Part shown: piece after piece, positions 20,901 to 30,520 of the stretch | Position numbering within the stretch: the first letter of the stretch is position 1 | Layout: the number at the start of each line of letters is the position of its first letter | NCBI GenBank assembly: GCA_035543495.1 | Contig: DATKJT010000045.1 | Span: 11,445 to 75,444 of the forward strand | Direction: 5' to 3' | Length of the DNA: 64,000 nucleotides | Source: Rhizomicrobium sp. | GTDB taxonomy: Bacteria > Pseudomonadota > Alphaproteobacteria > Micropepsales > Micropepsaceae | Program-made: the position numbers and the translations under genes | The notes under the pieces: model-generated | What the model was told of the DNA's origin: nothing | The model's input: the letters and a program-made list of their open reading frames with translations, nothing else | Database searches by the model: none

Positions 20901-21065
20901 ACGGGCAGGCCGTCCCGGTTCGCCCAGGGCGTCCGCTGCAGTTCTTGCGATCTGACGTGTGAGCCACTCGCCGACGGACAGCCCCTCGCGACGGGCCGCA
21001 GCCCGGGCTGCTTCGCGCGCTTCTGGAGGGATTCCGGCTACATTCCACGGAAGGTCCGCCCGCAT
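17940..21065 (-). CDS. podJ: Polar organelle development protein PodJ-like
   Basis: N-terminal PWNVAGIPPEAREAARAAARREGLSVGEWL, long coiled coil, acidic Pro-rich linker, one TM helix, three Sel1 repeats; start ATG 21065 or GTG 21074. Confidence 0.8.
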   Translation of the reverse strand: MRADLPWNVAGIPPEAREAARAAARREGLSVGEWLTRQIARTAADALGEPGRPARPATRPAEEPVMAATPKESQDMLAHVSRTESETSNAYKKIEDHLRSLARRLDSAERSQTDNSQMMSQAAQEISHASHEQMQAFDTLGAHVISLGERVDRIEQRASTDTTRDVVHGLQNGLARMADQVAQTANQSASQISVLASAMEAVVTKMSEAHKEAAGTATLMTQRMSYLDDRMQAVETTLRVKSEATDRAIRRLEERSGPDADFSDVLLAGVEERHAAIRDEFMQNLKSLDTRYGTRRHELQQAIEQIRGAQDDTRNEVHARIAELEKRFSDDDGEAQRKIALEKLQQAIEETRSSQRDVLDTVQARIGELESHFAAISDGSAERAAVEELQRAMDETRSSHKEVLDTVQSRIGELEGRFAAISDGSAERTAVEELQRAMDETHSAQKDALNEVHARISALESHLAKEKDASGDGELNQQLHRLEDSIEQLSARVAGQEVQSASALARLEEGFARVESRQDGGLDRRVYGVERSIQELMERLEAAERHSLATSTSIEEQLRALSGKIDDVHRTTQESISGLRRTVENTSGRLEVIEGVAPSPAPLEEPEAPVEMAAPADEAPEEPEEAPVELSAEDEAEAGRELPQFDMPPFDEPIAAAFKDSAINRAFGQRHKDAFTPPETDHDDIFREERPLAADGFAAAREDEEFLSAARRSAVVTAIPDEPVPTTLGGFTWGARREEPEAREEQPRSRVVLIGGIALVAILAIGLGVMLSQRLGSHKILQTAPAAQTVPATTKPLPVRPSVAPTQSEPKPNAMVLPPKTPTTAPKTEKPEASAGTGDRLTVLANGGNSKAQLLLGLKYLDGDGVTVDEAVAAKWLQRAADQGEPIAQFRLGTLYERGHGVATDAAKALHWYEAAARQGNRKAMHNLAVAYAEGTGSAKNYAEAARWFGRAATLGLADSQFNLAVLYERGLGVPQSLTEAYKWYAIAASQGDNESKARVAALATQLSPADHDAAQKAADTFRPEPINRAANVPPETPGRG
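19690..20170 (-). repeat. Intragenic 135-bp (45-aa) tandem repeat, about 3.5 copies, in PodJ coiled coil
   Basis: CGTCTCATCCATCGC recurs at 19744 and 19879 (period 135); protein unit AERAAVEELQRAMDETRSSHKEVLDTVQSRIGELEGRFAAISDGS; ends approximate. Confidence 0.85.
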
Positions 21066-21212
21066 ACGACTCACAGCGCCCGAATAGCCCGCAACAATGC
21101 AAGGTATCGACGCCGAGATGTTGTGTAAAGAATCTACACAACGTCGATGGGCTGTGGGTGCTTCCCGCGGCCGTCGACCGCTTAATGATTAACAATCGAC
21201 GTTAATATCGGG

Positions 21213-21569
21213 TTACCGCGAAGGAACCCCGGCCCGCTCCAATTCCGGCTGTAGCCGCCCGATGGCCCAAAGCCCGGCCATTCGGAAATCGGAGATCAGC
21301 GACCAGAACGGATAGGTGAAGGTCGCGGGCCGGTTCTTCTCGATGAAAAAATGCCCGATCCAGGCCGGCGCATATCCGCCCACCAGCGCGGAGAGCCCAA
21401 ACCATCCGATCCCCGTCGCCGCCAGCGCGGTAAGCGAAGCAACCGCAAGTCCCGTCCCGAAGAAATGGATCGCCCGCGTCGCCGGCTTCCCATGTTCGCG
21501 CAGATAGTACGGCCAGAAATCGCGATAGGTCGCGATCTTGGAATTGGAAAGGTGGTGAGCGTCCGCCAT
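21213..21569 (-). CDS. DUF962 (Mpo1-like) membrane protein
   Basis: FWPYYLREH, HFFGT, AWIGHFFIEKNRPATFTYP. Confidence 0.9.
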   Translation of the reverse strand: MADAHHLSNSKIATYRDFWPYYLREHGKPATRAIHFFGTGLAVASLTALAATGIGWFGLSALVGGYAPAWIGHFFIEKNRPATFTYPFWSLISDFRMAGLWAIGRLQPELERAGVPSR

Positions 21570-21573
21570 GACG

Positions 21574-21969
21574 TCAGGCTACCTCAATATCGGTCTTGGC
21601 AAAATCGTCGCCCTTGAACAGCAGCGGCACTCCCAGCTGTTTGGCGCAGGCGTAGGCAAAACAATCGCCCATGTTCAAAGCTGCCGGATGGCGGCCTTTG
21701 CCGAAATGCGAAAATGCGTGCAATGCGATGTCGGCAGTGTCCTTGTCTATACACTTCACTTCGACCTTTGCTGATTTTAGCAAACGTTCGAGCGGCATTT
21801 TTGCCTCGGATGACGAAACCTTGCCGATGCGGGCGAGCCCGAGCGAGGCTTCATAAATGGCGATCGGTGACGTGAATGCTTTGCTTGCCTTGGCAAGCCG
21901 TGCCCCAAGTGCCGTACCGTCCTCTTCTTTCGCGATGATGGCTATCAAGGCCGAAGCATCGAGAAACAT
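21574..21969 (-). CDS. vapC: VapC PIN-domain toxin
   Basis: MFLDASA, GKGRHPAALNMGDCFAYA, LLFKGDDF. Confidence 0.92.
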   Translation of the reverse strand: MFLDASALIAIIAKEEDGTALGARLAKASKAFTSPIAIYEASLGLARIGKVSSSEAKMPLERLLKSAKVEVKCIDKDTADIALHAFSHFGKGRHPAALNMGDCFAYACAKQLGVPLLFKGDDFAKTDIEVA

Positions 21970-22211
21970 CAGTCGTCACCGGAAAGTTCATCGAAGAATG
22001 CTTTGTCCGCAGGCAGCCCGCCTGGTTTGGAAAGAGCGGCGAATTCTTCCTGAATTGCCTTCACCTTCTCGAGGAACGGCACCTTTTCCTGCTCGCGCTC
22101 GTACTCCTGCTCCACCGCCTCGCGGATGGTCTCCGTCAGGGACTTGCCTTTGATCTTGGCAAGCCGCCGGACGGCCTGGTCTGTCGCTGGGTCTTTTACG
22201 TGGAATGCCAT
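21969..22211 (-). CDS. vapB: VapB antitoxin (Rv0623-like)
   Basis: MAFHVKDPATDQAVRRLA...SLTETIREA; 1-nt overlap with vapC. Confidence 0.88.
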   Translation of the reverse strand: MAFHVKDPATDQAVRRLAKIKGKSLTETIREAVEQEYEREQEKVPFLEKVKAIQEEFAALSKPGGLPADKAFFDELSGDD

Positions 22212-22227
22212 GGGTCTAGACCTATCA

Positions 22228-22257
22228 GTGTATACTTATACACCAACGAGTATACAC
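22228..22257. promoter_or_regulatory. Candidate VapB autoregulatory operator
   Basis: GTGTATAC/TTATACAC inverted repeat plus a second GTATACAC, directly upstream of vapB. Confidence 0.6.
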
Positions 22258-22281
22258 CGGGTAACCGCCGGGGAAACCCCC

Positions 22282-22953
22282 TCAATCCTCCGGCCACTCC
22301 AGATCGGAGGCCCTAAGTGCCGGTTTCTTGGACTGCATGGCCGATTTGGCCGCCTGGGGGCTCGGCATGGCCGAGACGGAGTCTCGCCTGGTGTCTTCCT
22401 TCGGCGGGGGCAGGCCAAGATCGGTGGCGAAGAGCTGGGTCACGTAAACGGTGTCGCCGTTCAGCGCGCAGCCCACGCCAGTGCGGTTGTAGTCGGGGAA
22501 GGCCAGGTTCTGTTTATGGCTCTGGCTAGCAAGCCAGGTCTCCAGAAAGCGGTGCGCGAACGCGTCCACGTCCACGCCGGATTGCGGGTTGTAATGCTGT
22601 GCCGCCATGTTCACGCCCAGCAGACCCTGAAACTTGGAATCCTCGTCCATCACCATGGATGCCGAAGTCGTTCCATCCGGCGCGCGGTCCTGGAAGTAGC
22701 CCTTCTTCGCCATGTCCAGGCTGCGTTTGCGCGCCACGTCCATCAGGATCGGATCGAGCACCAAAGGCTTCGCGGCCGGATCGATGGTTTTGCGTTCGTC
22801 CTGCACCAGCCGGAAGAGGCGATCTTCCAGCGGCCGCATCTGCGTCACCGGATCGGCAACCATGACCGCCGCGGTCTGCGATTGCGTCGCCTGATGCGTC
22901 GCGCAGCCCGAAACCGCCACGGCCAGCAACGGCGCCAAAAGAAAAAGGCGCAT
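22282..22953 (-). CDS. CAP/SCP domain lipoprotein
   Basis: Lipobox VSGC after a hydrophobic signal; ARKRSLDMA, WLASQSHKQNL, TGVG, YVTQLF. Confidence 0.8.
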   Translation of the reverse strand: MRLFLLAPLLAVAVSGCATHQATQSQTAAVMVADPVTQMRPLEDRLFRLVQDERKTIDPAAKPLVLDPILMDVARKRSLDMAKKGYFQDRAPDGTTSASMVMDEDSKFQGLLGVNMAAQHYNPQSGVDVDAFAHRFLETWLASQSHKQNLAFPDYNRTGVGCALNGDTVYVTQLFATDLGLPPPKEDTRRDSVSAMPSPQAAKSAMQSKKPALRASDLEWPED

Positions 22954-23007
22954 CCCTCCCCGCAAGCGGGAAAACGGACGCGCCTTGTTCGTGTCCTTCA
23001 ACGGACT

Positions 23008-24213
<1,206 letters not shown>

Positions 24214-24310
24214 GGTAGTTCTCCTGATGGACGGCAAAAAAGCGGGCGACCCTAGCCCGGGCCGGGGTTGCGCGGAAAGAGGTTGCTACCTGCGGCGGAT
24301 TTCCTTGCGA

Positions 24311-24853
24311 TTAACCCGGCAAGCCGAAGCGTTTGCGCACGACGGAGGGGTAGCGTACCGAGAACACAATGGCCCCTATCAGGGCCAGAAGCCCAATTGC
24401 GATGGCCAGCGGCAGCGACAGGAGTTTGAGCAGTGCTGCAAGATCGGCCATGGTCATCACGCCGAACGCCGCGGCCCAAGCGGCGCTGATGGTGGAATTC
24501 ACCTGCAGGAAGATCGGCAGGCCCCAGATGGGCTCCGGCGTCTGTTCCTTCGCATAGGGCAGGGTGAAGGGCCGCTTCACGGCCAGCGAGTAGAGCACCA
24601 CCAGCATCAACCCGCCGTCGATGGTCAACTTGATCGCCTCGGGTTTGACTTGGGCAACGGCTGTCAGAAGCGTCATGCCGCCGAACAGCACGATGTTGCC
24701 CGCATCCAGAAGGCGGATTTCGCGCTTCTGCAAAAAGGTGCGCATCCCCACGGCGAACGCCGCCGCGAAGGAAATCCACAACGCCAGACTGATCGAGACG
24801 TTGGAGACGATCACGAACAAAAGAATCGGTGAAAATCCGAAAAGCATTTGCAT
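24311..24853 (-). CDS. Hypothetical inner-membrane protein
   Basis: 180 aa, about 5-6 TM helices, KRPFTLPYAKE...F..VN..IS..W resembles septation-protein-A-like families. Confidence 0.65.
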   Translation of the reverse strand: MQMLFGFSPILLFVIVSNVSISLALWISFAAAFAVGMRTFLQKREIRLLDAGNIVLFGGMTLLTAVAQVKPEAIKLTIDGGLMLVVLYSLAVKRPFTLPYAKEQTPEPIWGLPIFLQVNSTISAAWAAAFGVMTMADLAALLKLLSLPLAIAIGLLALIGAIVFSVRYPSVVRKRFGLPG

Positions 24854-24892
24854 CAGAGCCCCCTCCTCTTGCCGGCCTCGCGATAGACGAAA

Positions 24893-24916
24893 GCCCCTTC
24901 CCGGTTGGGAAGGGGC
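24893..24916 (-). terminator. Intrinsic terminator of the TPR gene
   Basis: Perfect 10-bp stem GCCCCTTCCC/GGGAAGGGGC, 4-nt loop, followed by TTT on the minus strand, 12 nt after the stop. Confidence 0.7.
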
Positions 24917-24928
24917 CGTCCCGAATGC

Positions 24929-26269
24929 CTACTGCTGAGGCTGTTGTGCCGGTTGCGCGGCCTGGCCGGTGGGAGCCGCCGCAGGTGCTGCGGACGCCGT
25001 CGGTGCCGGCAGCTTGGAATGGGCGAACGACGCCCACAGATGCGCCGCCTTCACGCGCGCAGCACGACCGCCCGCGGTTTCCACTTCCTTGAACTGCGCG
25101 ATGGCGTCTTCATACTTGCCCTGCTGGGTAAGCGACATGCCGAGTATCATCTTGGCCTGTTCCGGATCTTTCAGGCCCGGCTTCGACAGCGCGCGGCGCG
25201 CCACCGTTTCGGCTTCGTCGTAACGCTTGTAGCCGTAATAGGTCTCGGCCAGCTTTTCGTCGTAGTCGCCGGTTTTGCGCGCAGCCGCTTCGGTCGCAAA
25301 TTTCGGCAGCGTCTTGTCGTCGGACGCAGCACCCGCAACCGCCGACTTATACTGATTGGCGGCCATGCCGGTGGTGGTGAGGCGGCCCGCCGCGATACCC
25401 TTGTCGAGGATCGTCTTGGCTTCGCCGGGGAAGCCCATCTGAAGCGAGATGGTGGCCATCAGCGCATAGTCGTTGGCGTCCTGCATCGCGCCCGTCGCGT
25501 CGCGAAGACGATAGAGATCGATGCCGTCCGAATTCTGAATGCCGGGCGTACCCAGCGCGACGTCGATCAGCTTCGCCCAGTCGCTCGGCTTGCCGTAGTT
25601 GGCGGCCAGCAGTTCGAGCGTGCCCGCGGCATCACCCTGCTTGCCCTGTTTGGCCTGAGCGGAAAGCATGACGCTCAGCGCGCCCTGATCCGGCGGCTTG
25701 TTCGCGGCGGTATCGGCGTCGATGACCTTCTTCGCCCACTGTTCGGCCTTGGGATAATCGTTGGTGAAGTAATAGGCCTGCGCCATGGTGGTCGCGATCT
25801 TCTCGTCCACCGTTCCCAGCGCCACCAGTTCTTCGCCATATTTGATGGTCTTGGCGTAGTCCTTCGCGTCGTAGTTGAGCAGCACGAGGTTGTGACGGGT
25901 GCCGGCCTTGTCGGCGGGTTCTTCTTCCGGCGAAGCCGCCATGGCTTCATATGCCGCGATGGCAGCCGGGTAATCCTTCAGGTTCACGGCGGCATAGGCC
26001 ATGAACTGTTCGATCTTGTAGTCGTCATACGCGGTGCGTTCGGGAATCGCCTGCGCTTCTTTCAGGTGCACCATGGCGGTGGCCCAGTCCCCTGCCTGCA
26101 CGGCTTTCTGCACTTCGATCATCGGCTTGATGATGGATCGGCTGATCGATTTCTCCGGCGGCTTGTCCTTGTCGCTGGCGGCGATCACTGGCGTGGCGAC
26201 CAGAGCGACGCTCGCCGTGGTGCTCAGAAGAATGGCAGCAAACGCAGCACGGACGATATTCTTATTCAT
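24929..26269 (-). CDS. Secreted tetratricopeptide-repeat-like protein
   Basis: Signal peptide, repeated helical A..Y/AI..Y patterns, Ala/Pro/Gln tail. Confidence 0.7.
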   Translation of the reverse strand: MNKNIVRAAFAAILLSTTASVALVATPVIAASDKDKPPEKSISRSIIKPMIEVQKAVQAGDWATAMVHLKEAQAIPERTAYDDYKIEQFMAYAAVNLKDYPAAIAAYEAMAASPEEEPADKAGTRHNLVLLNYDAKDYAKTIKYGEELVALGTVDEKIATTMAQAYYFTNDYPKAEQWAKKVIDADTAANKPPDQGALSVMLSAQAKQGKQGDAAGTLELLAANYGKPSDWAKLIDVALGTPGIQNSDGIDLYRLRDATGAMQDANDYALMATISLQMGFPGEAKTILDKGIAAGRLTTTGMAANQYKSAVAGAASDDKTLPKFATEAAARKTGDYDEKLAETYYGYKRYDEAETVARRALSKPGLKDPEQAKMILGMSLTQQGKYEDAIAQFKEVETAGGRAARVKAAHLWASFAHSKLPAPTASAAPAAAPTGQAAQPAQQPQQ

Positions 26270-26439
26270 AAGGCGTTCCTCGTTTTGGATCGGACTGTAG
26301 GCCGGCAGAATGGGGCCACGTCGCTGTTCTGGAATTGAAATGCAACTTTAGTGTGGCGGGATTTCCTTTCCAACGGGGATTATTGCCGCGAGGTCAGAAA
26401 CCCCCTATCGAGGGTTCCGACCGCAATTTCGAGACCCAG

Positions 26440-26844
26440 ATGACCGCTGCCGCCCTGCCGGAGGGGGCCGAGGAAATCCCTTTCGTCGGCTACAACCATT
26501 ATGTCGGACCGCTCTACCGTCTGCCTGACCGGGACGGCTTCCACCGCTTCTGCTTCCGCGTCGACGAGCGCCATATGAACTGCGCCGGCGCCGTCCATGG
26601 CGGCATGTTGATGAGCCTGGCCGACATCGCCATGAGCCGCGCGGCCAGGGCCGGGACCGACGCCCAGAATTCGAGCACGGTTTCGCTCTCCTGCGATTTC
26701 GTGGCGCCCGGCAAGCTGGGCGAGATCATCGAAGCGAAGGTCCGCGTCACCCGCAGGGCGCGCACCACCGTCTTCCTTTCCGCCGACATCATCTCCGACG
26801 ACCGCGTGCTTCTGGTCGCCTCCGGCATCTGGAAAATCGCATGA
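26440..26844 (+). CDS. PaaI family hot-dog thioesterase
   Basis: HMNCAGAVHGGMLMSLAD. Confidence 0.88.
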   Translation: MTAAALPEGAEEIPFVGYNHYVGPLYRLPDRDGFHRFCFRVDERHMNCAGAVHGGMLMSLADIAMSRAARAGTDAQNSSTVSLSCDFVAPGKLGEIIEAKVRVTRRARTTVFLSADIISDDRVLLVASGIWKIA

Positions 26845-27239
26845 TCCCCGCAGGCTACCGCGAGACCAAACTCGCCGATCCGTTCGAGATCTATTTGGGC
26901 CCGATTCACGAAACGGGCGAGAAGCCCAACCGCCGCTTCGCTTTCCTGATCGACGACCGCCACGTCAACCGCCGCAAGGTCATGCACGGCGGCATGATGA
27001 TGACTTATGCCGACGCAACGCTCGGTGCGCTCGCCGCCGATTTGAGCGACGGCATGATCGCCGTCACACTGAACATGCAGTCGCAATTCCTCGCGCCCGC
27101 GCCGCTCGGGAAGATCATCGAGGTGAAGCCCGAACTCACAAGGCGCACACGCTCGATGCTGTTCATCCGGGGTGATTTCACCGTGGGCAGTGAAATCGTG
27201 ATGACGGCATCGAGCGTATGGAAGCTGTTGGGCGCGTAG
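26841..27239 (+). CDS. PaaI family hot-dog thioesterase
   Basis: HVNRRKVMHGGMMMTYAD; ATGA overlap with the first copy. Confidence 0.88.
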   Translation: MIPAGYRETKLADPFEIYLGPIHETGEKPNRRFAFLIDDRHVNRRKVMHGGMMMTYADATLGALAADLSDGMIAVTLNMQSQFLAPAPLGKIIEVKPELTRRTRSMLFIRGDFTVGSEIVMTASSVWKLLGA

Positions 27240-27258
27240 GAACGCACGCGCCCAAAGC

Positions 27259-28422
27259 TCAACCGTTGACGTTCAGTCCAAGCGCCATGCGCGCAGCATA
27301 GAATTGCTGCACCCGGTCCTGCAGCGGATGGAAACGCGCCGCCTGCATGTCCCGGAACCGCAACTCGATTCCAGCGGCCCGGAAGAAGCCCGCGCCGCTC
27401 GCGCAATCGAGCGCCCTGGACCCCACGTCCATCGCCGCCTTGCCGGTGAGATTGCGCAAGGTCATCACACGATTGGTGGTTTCTTCGGACGGCTTCATGC
27501 CGCCGCATTCCACCATCGCCGCATGTGCGAGGTTGAGAGTCGTGTAGGCGTTTTCCATCTCGCCCACCGCCATCAACAATGCCGGATCGCTGCGTTTCTT
27601 GCGCACCTGTTCCAGCGCGCCCTCGCGAATGCCGTCCGCGATGCCCGCATAGACGGAATAGACCAATGGCATCGCGATCATCGAGATCAGGTGAAACAGG
27701 AAGTGCCACACATCCGGATCGCGTGTCGCGGCAATCGCGGCGTCGGGAATGAACACGCCGTCGATTTCCACATCGTTCGATCCGGTGCCGCGCATCCCCA
27801 TCGTGTCCCAGTTCGACAGCACCTTCACGCCTTCGGCATGCATCGGCAGCGGGAAGTGCAGGACCTGCGGACCCTTTTCGGGATCGTTATAGACCGCACT
27901 CGTCATCAGGATGTGGCCCTCCGGCGAGCCGGAGGAAAACACTTTGCGGGCGTAGATCTTGTAGCCGCCGTCGACCTTTTCGGCGCGTCCCGATCCCGGC
28001 AGCCAGTCCGATCCGCCGCTCGAGACGAGCCGAACGCCTTCCTCGGCAACACGCTTGAGCAGTCCTTCGGTGGGCGCACCCATCACGCGGCGCTTCCATT
28101 CCGGCACCATCACCTGATGCGAATGCATCGAAAGCGTCAGTGCGGTCGATCCGTCCCAGCGCCCCAGCGCGCGCAGCATTGCGCACATCTGGGCGAAGTC
28201 CGCGCCGCCGCCGCCGAGTTCTGCCGGAACGCCAAGCGCGAAAAAGCCGAGGCGCTGCAACAGGGTGAGATTTGACGACACAAATGTGCCCGAACGGTCA
28301 CACAACCGGCCCTGCTCTTCGATCTCCGGCCCGATTTTATCGAGGATTTCCCGCCAGTTGTCCGCGTTTGCGGATTTGGCGGCGGTTTCCTTGTTGCCCG
28401 GAATAACGGTTCTCACGTTCAT
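27259..28422 (-). CDS. Acyl-CoA dehydrogenase-fold flavoprotein (possible flavin-dependent monooxygenase)
   Basis: GVPAELGGGG, KVFSSGS, WDTMGMRGTGSNDV, FRDMQAARFHP; start moved to MNVRT. Confidence 0.8.
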   Translation of the reverse strand: MNVRTVIPGNKETAAKSANADNWREILDKIGPEIEEQGRLCDRSGTFVSSNLTLLQRLGFFALGVPAELGGGGADFAQMCAMLRALGRWDGSTALTLSMHSHQVMVPEWKRRVMGAPTEGLLKRVAEEGVRLVSSGGSDWLPGSGRAEKVDGGYKIYARKVFSSGSPEGHILMTSAVYNDPEKGPQVLHFPLPMHAEGVKVLSNWDTMGMRGTGSNDVEIDGVFIPDAAIAATRDPDVWHFLFHLISMIAMPLVYSVYAGIADGIREGALEQVRKKRSDPALLMAVGEMENAYTTLNLAHAAMVECGGMKPSEETTNRVMTLRNLTGKAAMDVGSRALDCASGAGFFRAAGIELRFRDMQAARFHPLQDRVQQFYAARMALGLNVNG

Positions 28423-28507
28423 GCAGTTCTCCAACAAATTGTTTTCGGCATAATCTCCCGGAAGCGAGAGCGCCCTTGCCTCCGCTATATGTGCTGGACC
28501 TTCGCTC

Positions 28508-29509
28508 GTGACGATGACTGCAACGCCGCCAATCATTGCCGGAACACCGGGCTCAGGCCCCGATGTGCTGTCCGAGATTTTGCGCGGCGTGCGCCTGACA
28601 GGTTCGGTCTTTCTGGACGGGCGTTTCACCGAGCCGTTCGGGGTCATCAGCCCGCAGCGCTGGGATGGCAGAGACGCGTTCTCGCATTTGCGCCACATCA
28701 GTACCTTTCATCTGATCGCGAGGGGCGGGTGCACGCTCGAAACGGCGGATGGCAAAACGCATGAAGTGGGTGCAGGCGACATATTGCTTTTGCCATTTAC
28801 CGCTGAGCATCGCTTCTGGCAGGGCAAGACAAACGATTTCGGTTACGCGCCCGATCTGGTGCAGGCCGGACCGATGCCCGGCGTCGACACATTGTGTTAC
28901 GGCGGAGGCGGCGATGAAACCCGCTTCGTCTGCGGCTTTATCGAATCCGCGGAACTGATGGCCGCGCCGCTGTTCCGTTCGCTTCCGCCATTGCTCATCG
29001 TGCGAACGTCGGACAGTACCGTGTCGGAACTTCTGGCGAGCATCGTCAAGGAAATCTTCCAGCGTGTGGACAGCGCCGATCCCGGCGCCACCTATCTGTT
29101 GTCGCGCCTGATGGAAATGCTGTTCCTTGAAGTGTTGCGCGGACATGCGGCGCGCCTGCCGCCGGACTCGAAGGGCGTTCTCGCCGCTGTGGGCGACGCG
29201 GTTGTCGGTCGCGCGCTTTCCCTGCTGCACAGCCAGCCAACGCGCCGCTGGACGGTCGAAGTACTGGCCGAAGAGGTGGGCTCCTCACGAACGGTGTTGA
29301 ACGAACGTTTCAATCGCCTCATTGGCAAGTCGCCAATGGAATACCTCACCCATTGGCGTATTCAGCTCGCGGCTGACCGGCTGCGCAGCGGAACCCAGCG
29401 CCTGGCCCAGGTCGCCCACGAGACGGGCTATGAGAGCGAGGCGGCCTTCAGCCGGGCCTTCAAGCGCATCATGGGGGCCAGCCCCGGTGCCTGGCGGGGC
29501 ATTTCCTAG
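28508..29509 (+). CDS. AraC family regulator with cupin_6 domain
   Basis: DVLSEILRGVRL N-terminus; WTVEVLA, GYESEAAFSRAFKR HTH. Confidence 0.9.
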   Translation: MTMTATPPIIAGTPGSGPDVLSEILRGVRLTGSVFLDGRFTEPFGVISPQRWDGRDAFSHLRHISTFHLIARGGCTLETADGKTHEVGAGDILLLPFTAEHRFWQGKTNDFGYAPDLVQAGPMPGVDTLCYGGGGDETRFVCGFIESAELMAAPLFRSLPPLLIVRTSDSTVSELLASIVKEIFQRVDSADPGATYLLSRLMEMLFLEVLRGHAARLPPDSKGVLAAVGDAVVGRALSLLHSQPTRRWTVEVLAEEVGSSRTVLNERFNRLIGKSPMEYLTHWRIQLAADRLRSGTQRLAQVAHETGYESEAAFSRAFKRIMGASPGAWRGIS

Positions 29510-29590
29510 GAAATCCAAAGGTATCGCTAGGCGTTCGTAACCGCGCCTTTACCATACCGGGGTGATTCTAAATGCTCGAAGGGAGCCTTC

Positions 29591-30520
29591 ATGCCCAGCC
29601 AGCGCCCGGCGGAACTCGTCATGGGGTCGGTCCAGATCGGCCTCGACTATGGCGCCGCCAACCGCACCGGTAAGCCCAGCCGCGAGGCTGCGCTCAGGCT
29701 CGTCCGCCGCGCCGCCGAATCCGGCGTGAAGACCTTCGACACCGCGCGTGCCTATGGCGACAGCGAGGAACGTCTGGGCGAAGCGCTCGCCGTCACCAAG
29801 CCGGTCCGCACCATCACCAAGCTGAGCCCGCTTGCCGATCTCACCGACCGCCCCTCATGGCACGCGGTCTGCGCCGCCGTGGACTCGAGCATCGAACAAT
29901 CCCGCTTTGCGCTTCAGCGCGAAAAGCTCGATTGCGTTCTGCTCCACCGCGCCTCGCACATGACGGCTTATGATGGCGCAGTGTGGACGCGTCTTCTCGA
30001 ATTGCGCCGCAACGGCACGATCAACAGCCTCGGCGTCTCCATCCAATCCACCTCCGAAGCGCTGACCGCGCTCGCAAGCCAGGATGTGGATCACATCCAG
30101 CTTCCCTTCAACATCCTCGACTGGCGCTGGAACGAAGCGGGCGTCATCGCCGCCATCCGGCAGCGCGGGGATGTCACCGTCCACGCGCGCAGCATCTTCC
30201 TGCAAGGCATTCTCGCGTCGAACGATCCTCACACCTGGCCCAACATTCCGGGCGTGAACGGCAAGGAACTGCTCGCCGTCATCTCCGATTGTGCCGAGGA
30301 ATTCGGCCGCGAAAGTGCCGCCGACCTCTGCCTCGCCTATGCGCGCGGACAGGATTGGATCGACGGCACCGTCATCGGCATGGAAACCGAGGCCCAGCTC
30401 GACGCGAATTTGCGTCTCTCCATCAAACCGCCGCTCTCGCGAGAGGACTGCGCCTGGATCGAAAAGATGATCCCGCGCGTTCCCGAGCGGTTGCTCGATC
30501 CCGCCCAATGGCCGAAATAG
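29591..30520 (+). CDS. Aldo/keto reductase
   Basis: GSVQIG..YG, FDTARAYG, TKL, LLHR, GVSI, QLPFNILD, ARSIFLQG. Confidence 0.88.
   Translation: MPSQRPAELVMGSVQIGLDYGAANRTGKPSREAALRLVRRAAESGVKTFDTARAYGDSEERLGEALAVTKPVRTITKLSPLADLTDRPSWHAVCAAVDSSIEQSRFALQREKLDCVLLHRASHMTAYDGAVWTRLLELRRNGTINSLGVSIQSTSEALTALASQDVDHIQLPFNILDWRWNEAGVIAAIRQRGDVTVHARSIFLQGILASNDPHTWPNIPGVNGKELLAVISDCAEEFGRESAADLCLAYARGQDWIDGTVIGMETEAQLDANLRLSIKPPLSREDCAWIEKMIPRVPERLLDPAQWPK

Noticed and set aside
21182-21205. Three TTAA half-sites upstream of podJ as a CtrA box
   Set aside because: Spacings are 3, 9 and 16 nt, not 7; half-site binding is possible but unsupported
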